A stretch of 41,671 nt of DNA. Origin: Methanoregula sp. (GTDB taxonomy: Archaea > Halobacteriota > Methanomicrobia > Methanomicrobiales > Methanospirillaceae). Of the stretch, positions 10,768-20,605 are shown one piece after another. The stretch lies in assembly GCA_039698055.1 (NCBI GenBank), contig JBDKTL010000003.1, positions 1 to 41,671 on the forward strand, written 5' to 3'. How positions within the stretch are numbered: position 1 is the stretch's first letter; every line of letters starts with the position of its first letter. Below the pieces are notes generated by a model, which saw nothing but the letters and a program-made list of their open reading frames with translations, was not told the DNA's origin and did not search any database. Position numbers and translations under genes: made by a program.

Positions 10768-11850
10768 ATGAAAATCGCAGTGGCTGCCGGAACACGGCCG
10801 GAATTTATTCAGGTTGAGCCTCTTATTCGAGAGTTGACCAAGCAAAATGTCGAATATATCTCCATTCATTCCGGCCAGCATTACGATTATGAAATGGATC
10901 AAATCTTTTTTGAAGAAATGAACCTTCCCTGCCCGACGCACTATCTCAATATTGGTTCAAAAAGCCCATGCGAGCAAATTGGAGATCTTATTCTCAAATC
11001 TGAAAAAATATTCCAGACAGAAAAGCCGGACATTCTTTTGATATCTGGTGATACTAATACAACTCTTGGTATCGCTCTTGCTGCAAACAAATCCAAAATC
11101 CGAATTGGACATATGGAAGCAGGCATGCGAAGTTTCGATCGGACTATGCCTGAAGAGATCAACCGGATCATTGTTGATAATATTTCCGATGTTCTCCTGT
11201 CTCCAACAAAAAGGGGTGTTGAAAATCTCAAAGATAATGGTATAATTGACAACGTGTACCTCGTCGGTGATATAATGCTGGACTCAATAATTTATTACCG
11301 GCATCTGATTGATAAGAAACCAGGGATTTTGGATGAATTAGGTTTTAAATGTGAGAAATATCTTGTATTGACGCTGCATCGCGAGTCAAATACCGATAGC
11401 CTTCATAGACTTACCAACATTATCGATGCAGTATCCCAAACAAATTTCCCGGTAATATTCCCTATTCATCCAAGAACAAGGGATAAACTTACACGTTCCA
11501 AGATTCGAATTCCAGAGAATGTCCATATTATTCCTCCTGCAGGATATTTTGAATTCTTACGCTTGCTCTCGCATTCATACAAACTCCTGACAGATTCCGG
11601 TGGCGCACAAAAACAGGCGTTTTTCCTCAAAAAACCCTGTATCACACTCCGACCCAATACAGAATGGGTAGAAACACTTGAATACGGATGGAATATCCTT
11701 GTTGATGATAGTAAGGAGAAGATTCTCAACGCGATAGAAAACAGTATTCCCCCGGATGCTCCACGAATATCCCAATTCGGTGACGGAACTTCATCGGAGA
11801 AAATTTTTGAGGCTGTTACCACCTTTATTCGTGCAAGAAAAGATCTCTGA
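10768..11850 (+). CDS. wecB: UDP-N-acetylglucosamine 2-epimerase family (non-hydrolysing)
   Basis: GTRPE, HSGQHYD, GDTNT, HMEAGMRS, PEEINR, TLHR, TDSGG. Confidence 0.9.
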   Translation: MKIAVAAGTRPEFIQVEPLIRELTKQNVEYISIHSGQHYDYEMDQIFFEEMNLPCPTHYLNIGSKSPCEQIGDLILKSEKIFQTEKPDILLISGDTNTTLGIALAANKSKIRIGHMEAGMRSFDRTMPEEINRIIVDNISDVLLSPTKRGVENLKDNGIIDNVYLVGDIMLDSIIYYRHLIDKKPGILDELGFKCEKYLVLTLHRESNTDSLHRLTNIIDAVSQTNFPVIFPIHPRTRDKLTRSKIRIPENVHIIPPAGYFEFLRLLSHSYKLLTDSGGAQKQAFFLKKPCITLRPNTEWVETLEYGWNILVDDSKEKILNAIENSIPPDAPRISQFGDGTSSEKIFEAVTTFIRARKDL

Positions 11851-12015
11851 AGATTTCTGATAATTTCAACATTATTTTGAAAACAGGATACCGGGGAAAA
11901 ATCGATAAATGATTTTGCGTAATGTTACACTCCTGATCTAAACTGTCCTGGTAATCAAATCGATTCCTCTCCCGACATTAAAAAAATATATATTCCCGGA
12001 GGGGATTTTAAAAAA

Positions 12016-12750
12016 TTATTGCCACTCTCTTTTCAGATATCTTGTTTTAAAAATTTTATATAACATCCGAATATTATTTTTTATCTCTTTATTTACGTTA
12101 ATTTTTGACTCCCCGAATTCTCGTTTGTGGAGTTCTACTGCGACTTCTTTAACCGTCTTACCCCCCAGTATCAGTTTTGAAATTATTTCCGCATTTATTT
12201 CGAAGTTGTTACTTTCAATGGTCATATGCTCGAGTACTTCTTTTTTATAGAGCCGGAAAATTCCGCTGACGCAAGAAATATTCCTGCCAAGCAGAATCTT
12301 GTATAGCTGGTTGACGGTTTTACTCATGATGAGCCGGTGAGGGGCTGATAATTCATCGGTAAGCCCATGCTCAAGATATGGTGATCCAGAAATGCAATCG
12401 GCACTGCTATCCCGGAATGATGAAAGAAGTTTCTCAATGTCTTCTGGTTTATATGTCAGATCCGAGTCCATTGTGATAATCAGATTCCCGTGGGAATTGG
12501 CAATGCCGGTCTTGATTGCGGCCCCCATCCCTTTATTAATCCCGTGAGCAACAACGGTCACAGAGTTTCGTTTTTGTTGCAATTCGTTAAGCCGGATTAA
12601 TGTAGAGTCTTTGCTGCCATCGTCAACCAGTACAAATTCGCACGGCTCTTTGAACTTTTGGGCGATTTCTTCTGCAACGGGAAAAAGGCGTTGTTCATAC
12701 ATCATAACATTCTCTGCCTCATTATAGAGCGGTATAATGATGGAAATCAT
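12016..12750 (-). CDS. GT2 polyprenol/dolichol-phosphate glycosyltransferase (DPM1-like)
   Basis: IIIPLYNE, VDDGSKD, N.GMG.A, DxD motif (MDSD). Confidence 0.9.
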   Translation of the reverse strand: MISIIIPLYNEAENVMMYEQRLFPVAEEIAQKFKEPCEFVLVDDGSKDSTLIRLNELQQKRNSVTVVAHGINKGMGAAIKTGIANSHGNLIITMDSDLTYKPEDIEKLLSSFRDSSADCISGSPYLEHGLTDELSAPHRLIMSKTVNQLYKILLGRNISCVSGIFRLYKKEVLEHMTIESNNFEINAEIISKLILGGKTVKEVAVELHKREFGESKINVNKEIKNNIRMLYKIFKTRYLKREWQ

Positions 12751-13697
12751 TGCGAAACCTCGTTGTTTAACGCATCAAGCGAAACTTTTGAGAACACAAA
12801 TCCGAGGATGAGTGCATAATACATCGAAATAATACGATCTGTCAGAACGATTGTTATTGAACCGAGAGGGTTAACCCCCATTTCCTGCAGCAAATAGCTT
12901 AATGATCCCTCCATAATACCAATTCCAAGCGGAATCTGGGAGATAAGTCCTGCGACGATTGCAAGACTAAACACAATAGACACCTGAAGCGGGTTCAAAA
13001 AAAAGCCAAATGCCAATGCCACAACCCATAATCGTGCAAATTCAAGAACCAGTGATATGAATGTGATAATAAAGACCGCGAAAATATTCATAAACGGCAA
13101 TTTCTTTATATGGAAATTGACCTCATTTGTTTTTATCACCGGTAACCGAATGACAAATCTCTCAAGATGTTTCATAAAATAATCTGCTTTGTAGTAAAAC
13201 AAGGCGAGAAGTAACAGAAGAGCGGCACTCAGTTCAAGGATTATAACGGACACTCCACGCAACTCGATAAAAATGATTGCAGTTGCCGTGAGAAAAAGGA
13301 TCATGAGTTCAAAAAATCGCTCATAGAAAATCATGGAAACCCCGTCAAAGAAATCCATTTTATACTTTTTTTGCATGAAATACGCTTTGAACAGATCCCC
13401 AACTTTCCCCGGAGTAATATTTGCAAAATATAAACTTGATACAGTTACAACTGATGCTTCTTTCAGCGTAATTGGTTGGTTATATTTCTCGCTCAGATAT
13501 TTCCACCGGTAAATTTTCACGATGATATTCGCGGTTGATAACGCAAATGCGATAACCAGCAAGGGTATACTGACCGTGAAAAGCAGTTGGTAATTCTCAA
13601 CGATGCCGGATTGTCTGATGATGAAGACCAGAATGATTAGACCAACAAGAAGTAAAATAACCTGAAGCAGTTTTTTTGTATTTTTTGAAAAATTCAT
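12747..13697 (-). CDS. Flippase-like membrane protein (UPF0104 / LPG synthase TM region)
   Basis: RW, N.TPG..GD, ER..E, P.GIG..E motifs. ATGA overlap with the GT2 gene. Confidence 0.87.
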   Translation of the reverse strand: MNFSKNTKKLLQVILLLVGLIILVFIIRQSGIVENYQLLFTVSIPLLVIAFALSTANIIVKIYRWKYLSEKYNQPITLKEASVVTVSSLYFANITPGKVGDLFKAYFMQKKYKMDFFDGVSMIFYERFFELMILFLTATAIIFIELRGVSVIILELSAALLLLLALFYYKADYFMKHLERFVIRLPVIKTNEVNFHIKKLPFMNIFAVFIITFISLVLEFARLWVVALAFGFFLNPLQVSIVFSLAIVAGLISQIPLGIGIMEGSLSYLLQEMGVNPLGSITIVLTDRIISMYYALILGFVFSKVSLDALNNEVSQ

Positions 13698-13927
13698 ATT
13701 TCACCAATACAACAGATGAGAAATATTCCAGTCTTCCTGGATACTATATCTTGATATTAACACGTTGTTTTTGCGGCCATATATTTCCTGTTGCCTGATG
13801 AGATTTGTAAGAATTTTTATTAGACATGCGCGAAAATTTAAAAAAACAGAATTCCCTCTTGAATCAAGGTTGCCAAAATCATGGCTTTGTAAAGAATAAT
13901 ACTTTACAACAACTCATATTCCCTATC

Positions 13928-14899
13928 ATGTCCAACATCACCGTCGCCATCCTCGCTCCCAACGGCTATGCCGATGCCCTGGGAAAAAAAGGGACAACCA
14001 GCGACATCACTTTTTATAACCTGAAAAAAGGGGAGGCTACCGTCACATTTATCGAACCCACGCGGTATCCGGAAAAACTATCCTCACTGTTCTATACCCT
14101 ATCACTTGCAGACCGTGTCGTACTCGTGGTCGAGGAGATCAACGCGACATTTGGTGAAACTGTCCTGATGCTCCAGTGTGCAAAAAAAGCCAATGGGTAT
14201 ATCATTTTCAGGAATTACCTGTCCCCCGACCAGATCGCGCCACTCATCAAAGGCACTGTTCTTGAGCATTATGAAGTGATCGAGGATGATACGCTCGGTC
14301 TCCGTGAAAAACTGCTTGACATTGCGGCAAAATTAACCGCCCACCAGAAAATAAAAGAAACCGGTGGCAATGGTACGGTCCCTATCGACCATCACTTTAA
14401 TGTAAAGGGTGTCGGAGTCGTTATTCTGGGATCTGTTGCACACGGCACCATTAAAAAACACGACTCGTTAAAAGTGCTCCCTACTACGAAAACCGCCCAG
14501 GTGCGCTCGATTCAGAAGCATGATGACGATGCGGAGATCGCCTTTGCCGGAGATCGCATCGGACTATCCCTGAAAAATGTCGAATCAGAAGATCTCGACC
14601 GGGGTTATGTTCTCACCAGCGATCCTTCAATGAAATGCTCAACAAGCATTACCGGAAAAGCGCAGCTGGTCAAGTACTGGCCTGCCCCGTTAAAGGAAGA
14701 GATGGTTCTTTATATTGGTCACTGGATGCAGTTTTTACCCTCGCGTCTTACCAAAGTATCTGTTGCAGGTGACTGGCGCATGCCTGAACTCACACTTACT
14801 CTGGATAAAGAACTGGTGTACCCTCCCAACGCCCACGTTGTGCTTCATTATCTCGAAGGTGGCAAGCTGCGGGTCGTGGGATCCCTTATCATTAACTAA
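13928..14899 (+). CDS. Archaeal SelB-like (aSelBL) translation-factor homologue with a truncated G domain
   Basis: IDHHFNVKGVGVV..G, VRSIQ.H and GDRIGL (EF-Tu domain II). N-terminal GKKGTTSDIT. Start at ATG 13928. Confidence 0.85.
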   Translation: MSNITVAILAPNGYADALGKKGTTSDITFYNLKKGEATVTFIEPTRYPEKLSSLFYTLSLADRVVLVVEEINATFGETVLMLQCAKKANGYIIFRNYLSPDQIAPLIKGTVLEHYEVIEDDTLGLREKLLDIAAKLTAHQKIKETGGNGTVPIDHHFNVKGVGVVILGSVAHGTIKKHDSLKVLPTTKTAQVRSIQKHDDDAEIAFAGDRIGLSLKNVESEDLDRGYVLTSDPSMKCSTSITGKAQLVKYWPAPLKEEMVLYIGHWMQFLPSRLTKVSVAGDWRMPELTLTLDKELVYPPNAHVVLHYLEGGKLRVVGSLIIN

Positions 14900-14988
14900 C
14901 CCCCCATCTCTTTTCCCGTACGCTTCTCAGAATCGCATACTATTGCATCAATATTATCTAGTCCCGGACAATCAGTACACTGAGGATT

Positions 14989-15558
14989 ATGTTCGAAAGT
15001 ATTATTGGATGGATCGTGCTGGGCGTTATTGCCCTTATTATCATTGCGCTGATCTTTTGGGTCGTCAGTATCTACAACCGATTTTATAGCCTGAAAAACT
15101 CATCAGAAGCGACACTCGGGCAGATACGGGTCGCTATGAAAAAGCGGCTGGATATGATCGACCAGCTTCTCGGGGCCGTCAAGAGCTACGCGAAGTTTGA
15201 AAAAGAGACCCTTGAGCGGGTCACCGCCATGCGGGCTAGTGTTGCAACCGCAGGGCCGGGAGACTTAAACAAGGTTGAAGCTGAATCCCGTTCGATCTTC
15301 GGGCGCCTGCTCGCTGTCGCGGAAAACTACCCTGACCTCAAGACCTCCCAGACCGTGACCTCGCTTATGGACTCCGTCAAGGGCCTTGAAGACGAGATAG
15401 CACGCCAGCGGTACACCTACAACAACATATCGCAGGAATTCAACACAATGATGGATACGATCCCCTCCAATATCATCGGGCACCTGATCCACCTGACCAA
15501 ACTTGAGTACCTCCAGTTCGAAGAAGCAATCAAAACCCCGCCGAAAATTGAGTTTTAA
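14989..15558 (+). CDS. lemA: LemA family protein
   Basis: N-terminal [26 protein letters not shown] motifs. Confidence 0.93.
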   Translation: MFESIIGWIVLGVIALIIIALIFWVVSIYNRFYSLKNSSEATLGQIRVAMKKRLDMIDQLLGAVKSYAKFEKETLERVTAMRASVATAGPGDLNKVEAESRSIFGRLLAVAENYPDLKTSQTVTSLMDSVKGLEDEIARQRYTYNNISQEFNTMMDTIPSNIIGHLIHLTKLEYLQFEEAIKTPPKIEF

Positions 15559-15570
15559 CGGGGCGCAGCT

Positions 15571-17394
15571 GTGAGCGAAACCAGACAGATTACCGGCATT
15601 GTCATCGCGACATTTGTTATCGGGCTTGTAGCGCTCCTTCTCGTAACCATGGTTCCGCCCCTGCTTCAGGGCAACCTTGTCGTTGACTCGTATGAAGCAA
15701 CATTCTCCGCTGACGGTTCCCTGCACGAGGAATACATCTACAATGTACACGCACCCGGTGTTTACCGGATGTTGTACCGGTCATGGGAAGCACCGCTTAC
15801 CTTTGAGAGCATCAGCGAGCCATACATTGAGTTTGTATCAATAGATGCGCCATCCGGCACAACCGGATATGCAAAAGATAACTCTGCCAACGTCAGGATA
15901 GTGGGATCAACTGATTCTTCAGTAAAAACCAGGATCGGTAGTCTCGCTGAACGAAACGAAGTAGGGATTTACAACCCGGATTACTTCTCCGACAGCACCT
16001 ACACGGTCGGGACCAATTACGTCATCCACCCCCCTATTGAAGATGACGGGATCAACTCGCATCTCAACCTGAAAATTGCCGGGTCAACCCACATACCCTA
16101 CCGCGATGTCAGGATAACGGTACCGGTAAAAGATGTCGAACAAATCTACGTTTATCCCCCGACGCTGACTGCTGAAAAGACCGGTGATACCTACACGATC
16201 ACGGGCAGTGCAGCAGAAAATGAGAACATCGCTATAGAAATGCTTGGTCCCACCGGAGGATTCAGCCAGATAACCGGGTTCCGGAGTGAATCCGTGGATC
16301 TCAAGGGAAAAACCGCATCAGGGAATTTCTGGTACAATCTGCCTTACCTGATATCGGTCCTGTTAAATGACCTTGCAAAGGTCGCAGTACTGCTTGTTCC
16401 GTTCCTTCTCCTCCTCCTCTATTACCGGTATGGTCGGGAAAAACCATTCACCGTTACGACTTACCTGAGTACCATCCCGAATCCTGCACTCAAACCCTGG
16501 CAGGTCAACCTGCTCTTCAAAGGCGATGCACTGGATTTTGATGAGAACGGGTATTATGCCACCCTGCTTGATATGCACAGGAAAAAGATCATCTCAATTA
16601 CTGAAAAAGGGGATAGCAAAGGTATCGAGATAAGGACGCTCTCTGGTTCAACAACCGATCCCTATGAACAGCGGGTTCTTGCGTTCATCCAGCAGCTTTC
16701 TGTCAATGGTGTCCTTGATACCGATACGATTGGGGCGCTCACAAAAAATGCACAGGTAAGTATGACCGCTGAAGAACAAGCATTGCGGTACCAGAAAAAC
16801 CTCGCTGATGTAACAAGCCGGGTGGACACGGCAATTTCCTATCAATATATTGTTGACGGCAGGGATCATCTCACGCCCTTTATTATGGTCAGCGTTGTGT
16901 TCTTTGCCATTTCCCTCATTCTTGCCCTTGTCGCTACAATGCAGTCTTCTATCCTCTATCCGGCGGTGGTGCTTTGGGTAGTCGTGATTGTCCAGGTAGC
17001 GATTGCCTGGATTGCACCTTCAACCCTGTTCGGGCATTGGAAAGAAGATCATTACAAGGACAAGCTGGAATGGGATGCGTTTACGCACTTCCTCTCAGAT
17101 CTCGCGATGATAAAAAAATATGCCCCGGCTGATCTCCCGATGTGGGGAGAATGGCTGGTATATGGCACAGCACTGGGTGTTGGCGACAAGGTGGAGGAAG
17201 CAATGAAAGCGCTCGATGTCCGCGTTGCAGATACCGGTATTCCGATGGGTGTCATGGGAATGAATTATGCATTCATCCCTCTCATGAGTTTTACACCCCC
17301 GAGTCATGGAGGTTCTGGCGGTGCCGGAGGATTTGGTGGCGGGGGCTTTGGTGGCGGAGGCGGGTTTGGCGGTGGTGGTGCCGGAGGAAGATAA
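15571..17394 (+). CDS. DUF2207 family membrane protein
   Basis: Located after lemA. W..F..FL, W...LVY.TALG and a Gly-rich tail ending GGGGFGGGGAGGR. Confidence 0.88.
   Translation: MSETRQITGIVIATFVIGLVALLLVTMVPPLLQGNLVVDSYEATFSADGSLHEEYIYNVHAPGVYRMLYRSWEAPLTFESISEPYIEFVSIDAPSGTTGYAKDNSANVRIVGSTDSSVKTRIGSLAERNEVGIYNPDYFSDSTYTVGTNYVIHPPIEDDGINSHLNLKIAGSTHIPYRDVRITVPVKDVEQIYVYPPTLTAEKTGDTYTITGSAAENENIAIEMLGPTGGFSQITGFRSESVDLKGKTASGNFWYNLPYLISVLLNDLAKVAVLLVPFLLLLLYYRYGREKPFTVTTYLSTIPNPALKPWQVNLLFKGDALDFDENGYYATLLDMHRKKIISITEKGDSKGIEIRTLSGSTTDPYEQRVLAFIQQLSVNGVLDTDTIGALTKNAQVSMTAEEQALRYQKNLADVTSRVDTAISYQYIVDGRDHLTPFIMVSVVFFAISLILALVATMQSSILYPAVVLWVVVIVQVAIAWIAPSTLFGHWKEDHYKDKLEWDAFTHFLSDLAMIKKYAPADLPMWGEWLVYGTALGVGDKVEEAMKALDVRVADTGIPMGVMGMNYAFIPLMSFTPPSHGGSGGAGGFGGGGFGGGGGFGGGGAGGR
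17309..17391 (+). repeat. Low-complexity Gly/Phe coding repeat (GGGGF units)
   Basis: Tandem GGN codons with TTT, encoding the DUF2207 tail. Confidence 0.8.
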
Positions 17395-17512
17395 CTCTCT
17401 CCTGCATTTTGCCTTCTTCGGAATTTATGTGCCCCGTTAGTTCTCCTGCCTCGCGACAGGAGATATAAATTCACACAAATCATATGAATACCAAAAAAGG
17501 AAGTTTGAATAC

Positions 17513-18100
17513 ATGCAATATTCCGAAGGTCAGCTCGGCAGGGTCTTTGTCGTGAGGATCGACGACGGTGAGGATTTTTTAGCTACCATACAACACTTTG
17601 TTTTGGAAAAAGAAATTCAGGCTGGTTCAATCCTTTTCCTGGGTGCTCTCCGGAATGGCAGGATGGTCACCGGCCCGGAAAAACCTGTTATTCCCCCGGA
17701 ACCGCATTACGTCATATTCGATGGAGGATGGGAAACCTTTGGCATTGCCACCATCTACCCCGGGGACAAGGGACCGTCGATCCATTACCACACATCGGTC
17801 GGTCGTGCCGGGCATGCGCTGACCGGCTGCCTTCGGGAAAAAGCGACGACATATCTTCTTGTCGAAGCCGTCATCTTAGAGTTCACCGGGCTTAACATTC
17901 GCCGAACGTTCGATGAAAAAATGCAGGTAAATCTTCCAAAAATTGACCTTGGCATTGAGCCTCCTGAACAAAAACCGGCGCCGGATATTCCCGAAAAAGC
18001 TCCTGAACCAACAGATAACGAAAAAAAGGAGGACACAGATGACCTTCCCGGCGGACTTGCAGATATCATACGGGACCTGACCCGCCGCCCGCCAACCTGA
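17513..18100 (+). CDS. PPC/DUF296 domain protein with Pro/acidic C-terminal tail
   Basis: GRVFVVRIDDGED, LGAL, HxH (IHYH), GCL, E.VI.E. Confidence 0.85.
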   Translation: MQYSEGQLGRVFVVRIDDGEDFLATIQHFVLEKEIQAGSILFLGALRNGRMVTGPEKPVIPPEPHYVIFDGGWETFGIATIYPGDKGPSIHYHTSVGRAGHALTGCLREKATTYLLVEAVILEFTGLNIRRTFDEKMQVNLPKIDLGIEPPEQKPAPDIPEKAPEPTDNEKKEDTDDLPGGLADIIRDLTRRPPT

Positions 18101-18145
18101 TACCCTCTCCTGTCTGAACACTATCGTATCAATTATGTACCCTTT

Positions 18146-19996
18146 ATGACCCGTCAGCCGCTTTTTCTTCCCATGTCCCTCAAAGAAGGGAAAAAATTGG
18201 GTATCAGCCAGTTTGATATCATCCTGATCACCGGCGATGCATACGTGGATCACCCCTCGTTTGGTGTTGCTCTTCTTGGCCGGGTGTTGTGGGACGCCGG
18301 GTTCACGGTTGGTATCATCGCCCAGCCGGACTGGAGGAAAACAAATGATTTTACCGCACTTGGAAAACCCCGGTTGTTTTTTGGTATATCGTCTGGCAAT
18401 GTTGATTCGATGGTTAACAACCTCACACCGAATCTCAAGCGGCGCAGTGACGATGTCTATTCGCCCGGTGGGGTGCTCAAACGACCTGACCGTGCGACTA
18501 TCGTCTACGCAAACCGGGTGCACGAGCTCTTTCCTGATACACCGGTTGTTATCGGTGGTATTGAGGCAAGTCTGAGGAGGTTTGCCCACTATGATTACTG
18601 GCAGGACAGGGTCAGGCAGGCAATCCTTGCCGATGCCCCGGCAGACCTTCTGGTATTTGGCATGGGAGAACGGCAGATCGTAGAGATCGCTCAACGAATG
18701 GGTAAAGGAGAGGATATCCGTTCGTTGCGGGATATACGAGGTACGGCTTACACCATGGATCTCGCCGCATGGCGTGCCAGCCGGCCCAATGGAATCGTTG
18801 AAATCCCCGGATTTACTGAAGTATCACAGGATAAACAGGCATATGCCCGGGCGTTTGCGCTCCATTACCGGGAGCAGGACCCGGTCCGGGGAAAACCTGT
18901 TGCACAGGTCCATCCAAAAACAGTGATTATCCAGAATCCACCCGCCCGCCCCCTGCAAACAGCCGAACTTGATCATACCTATGAATTGCCCTTTTCCCGG
19001 TGTGCACACCCATCCTATACACAACCGATCCCCGCACTGGAACCTGTGCAGTTTTCTATCACGAGCCACCGCGGGTGTTTCGGGGGCTGTTCGTTCTGTG
19101 CCCTGACCCATCACCAGGGGCGGATCATCCAGAGCCGGAGTATTCCCTCTATCGTCCGCGAAGTGACGAGAATGACAAAGATGCCGGCGTTCAAGGGCAT
19201 CGTGCAGGACATTGGGGGACCGACGGCAAACATGTATTCTCTCTTTTGCGACAATTGGGAGACTTCCGGAGCATGCCCGGACAAACACTGCTCGCCTGCC
19301 TGCCGGAACCTTCAAACGAGCCACCGGCACCTGTGCGAACTTCTCGAATCTGTCCGCAAAATTCCGGGCGTTAAAAAGGTGTTTATCGGCTCCGGTATCC
19401 GGTACGATCTCGCACTTGCAGATGATTCCGGCTATCTTCCCCTGCTCTGTGAGCATCATGTTTCTGGTCATCTTAAGGTCGCTCCGGAGCATATCAGCAA
19501 AAACGTAACTGAGGTGATGAACAAACCGGATCGCGCTGTCTTTGACCGGTTCCGCGAGCAATTTGAGATATTGCAGAAGGGCAAACAAAAACGACAATAC
19601 CTCGTTCCTTATTTCATGTCGGGCCATCCCGGCTGCACGCTTGCCGATATGATCGAGCTTGCGGAGTACATTCGCGATCATCATATCTACACGGAACAGG
19701 TTCAGGACTTCACACCCACCCCGATGAGTGTTTCAACCTGCATGTATTATACGGGTCAAAACCCGTTTACGATGGAGCCGGTTCACGTGCCAAAAGGCCA
19801 TGAGAAAAAAATCCAGAGGGCATTGCTGCAGTACAGGGACGAACGCAACCGGGGACTTGTCACGGAAGGACTCAGTATCGCTGGCAGAACAGATCTCATG
19901 GGAATTGCACCACAATGTCTCGTGAACATGAATGATCGGGATATGAAACCAGCTATGAAATATTTCAAAAAATATACAAAAAAACAGGGATCGTAA
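18146..19996 (+). CDS. YgiQ (UPF0313) radical SAM protein
   Basis: TGDAYVDHPSFG, GGIEASLRR.AHYDYW, CxxxCxxC (CFGGCSFC), GGPTANMY, VQDF.PTP. Confidence 0.94.
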   Translation: MTRQPLFLPMSLKEGKKLGISQFDIILITGDAYVDHPSFGVALLGRVLWDAGFTVGIIAQPDWRKTNDFTALGKPRLFFGISSGNVDSMVNNLTPNLKRRSDDVYSPGGVLKRPDRATIVYANRVHELFPDTPVVIGGIEASLRRFAHYDYWQDRVRQAILADAPADLLVFGMGERQIVEIAQRMGKGEDIRSLRDIRGTAYTMDLAAWRASRPNGIVEIPGFTEVSQDKQAYARAFALHYREQDPVRGKPVAQVHPKTVIIQNPPARPLQTAELDHTYELPFSRCAHPSYTQPIPALEPVQFSITSHRGCFGGCSFCALTHHQGRIIQSRSIPSIVREVTRMTKMPAFKGIVQDIGGPTANMYSLFCDNWETSGACPDKHCSPACRNLQTSHRHLCELLESVRKIPGVKKVFIGSGIRYDLALADDSGYLPLLCEHHVSGHLKVAPEHISKNVTEVMNKPDRAVFDRFREQFEILQKGKQKRQYLVPYFMSGHPGCTLADMIELAEYIRDHHIYTEQVQDFTPTPMSVSTCMYYTGQNPFTMEPVHVPKGHEKKIQRALLQYRDERNRGLVTEGLSIAGRTDLMGIAPQCLVNMNDRDMKPAMKYFKKYTKKQGS

Positions 19997-20053
19997 TCCT
20001 TTCATTGTATTGTGAATATCGTTTGGAATCTGCCCTGCGAACCCACGCATATT

Positions 20054-20066
20054 GGGAAAAAAAGGG
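20054..20066 (-). terminator. T-tract terminator of the methanogenesis-marker operon
   Basis: Reads CCCTTTTTTTCCC on the minus strand about 60 nt after the AhpD-like gene stop. Confidence 0.5.
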
Positions 20067-20122
20067 CCTGTATGATTAAAAAGGTGGATGGGCGTTTTTG
20101 ATGAGCAACGATCTCAGAGTCC

Positions 20123-20605
20123 TTATTTTGACGGAGTCTCTCGTTTCGGGGCTTTTTTTCGGGCAACCCCTTTTACTTCGCACGGTATGCACTTTTCCAT
20201 CTTATCATCGACGATGCGGTACGCGTTTGCCAGCACCGAAGAGTTCGAGATCATACCGGCGAGCAGGATCACCTCAAGGATCTCATCACGGGTGGCTCCC
20301 ATCTTCAGTGCCGCCTGCATGTGGTAGCCGGTACAGTGCGGGCATTTCAGCGCTGCGCCAACCGCCATACTGATAAGTTCCACGTACTTGGGATCGAGAG
20401 GGCTTGTTTCTGCGACGGTACTCTTGTACAGGAGGTGGGAGATAAGGACTTCGGGGCGCTCGCCCATCCGTTTGAAAATGAGCGGCACCCTCCCGTATTC
20501 CTCCTCGATGACTTTCATCCACTGCTCTGCCGTGACGTCCGCACCCTGCGAAACGATCTGCGCAAGCCGTTCCTCAAATTCGATTTTTGTCTTTTTCCCC
20601 ATCAT
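20123..20605 (-). CDS. Carboxymuconolactone decarboxylase/AhpD-like protein
   Basis: LDPKYVELI, CPHCTGYH (CxxCxxxH), GATRDEILE. ATGA overlap with marker 7. Confidence 0.9.
   Translation of the reverse strand: MMGKKTKIEFEERLAQIVSQGADVTAEQWMKVIEEEYGRVPLIFKRMGERPEVLISHLLYKSTVAETSPLDPKYVELISMAVGAALKCPHCTGYHMQAALKMGATRDEILEVILLAGMISNSSVLANAYRIVDDKMEKCIPCEVKGVARKKAPKRETPSK

Noticed and set aside
13928-14899. True selenocysteine elongation factor SelB
   Set aside because: Lacks the GTPase motifs and domain IV; no Sec machinery or in-frame UGA genes were seen in the window.
17309-17391. G-rich tandem repeat as a possible CRISPR or VNTR
   Set aside because: It is the ordinary Gly-rich coding tail of DUF2207, with no repeat-spacer structure.
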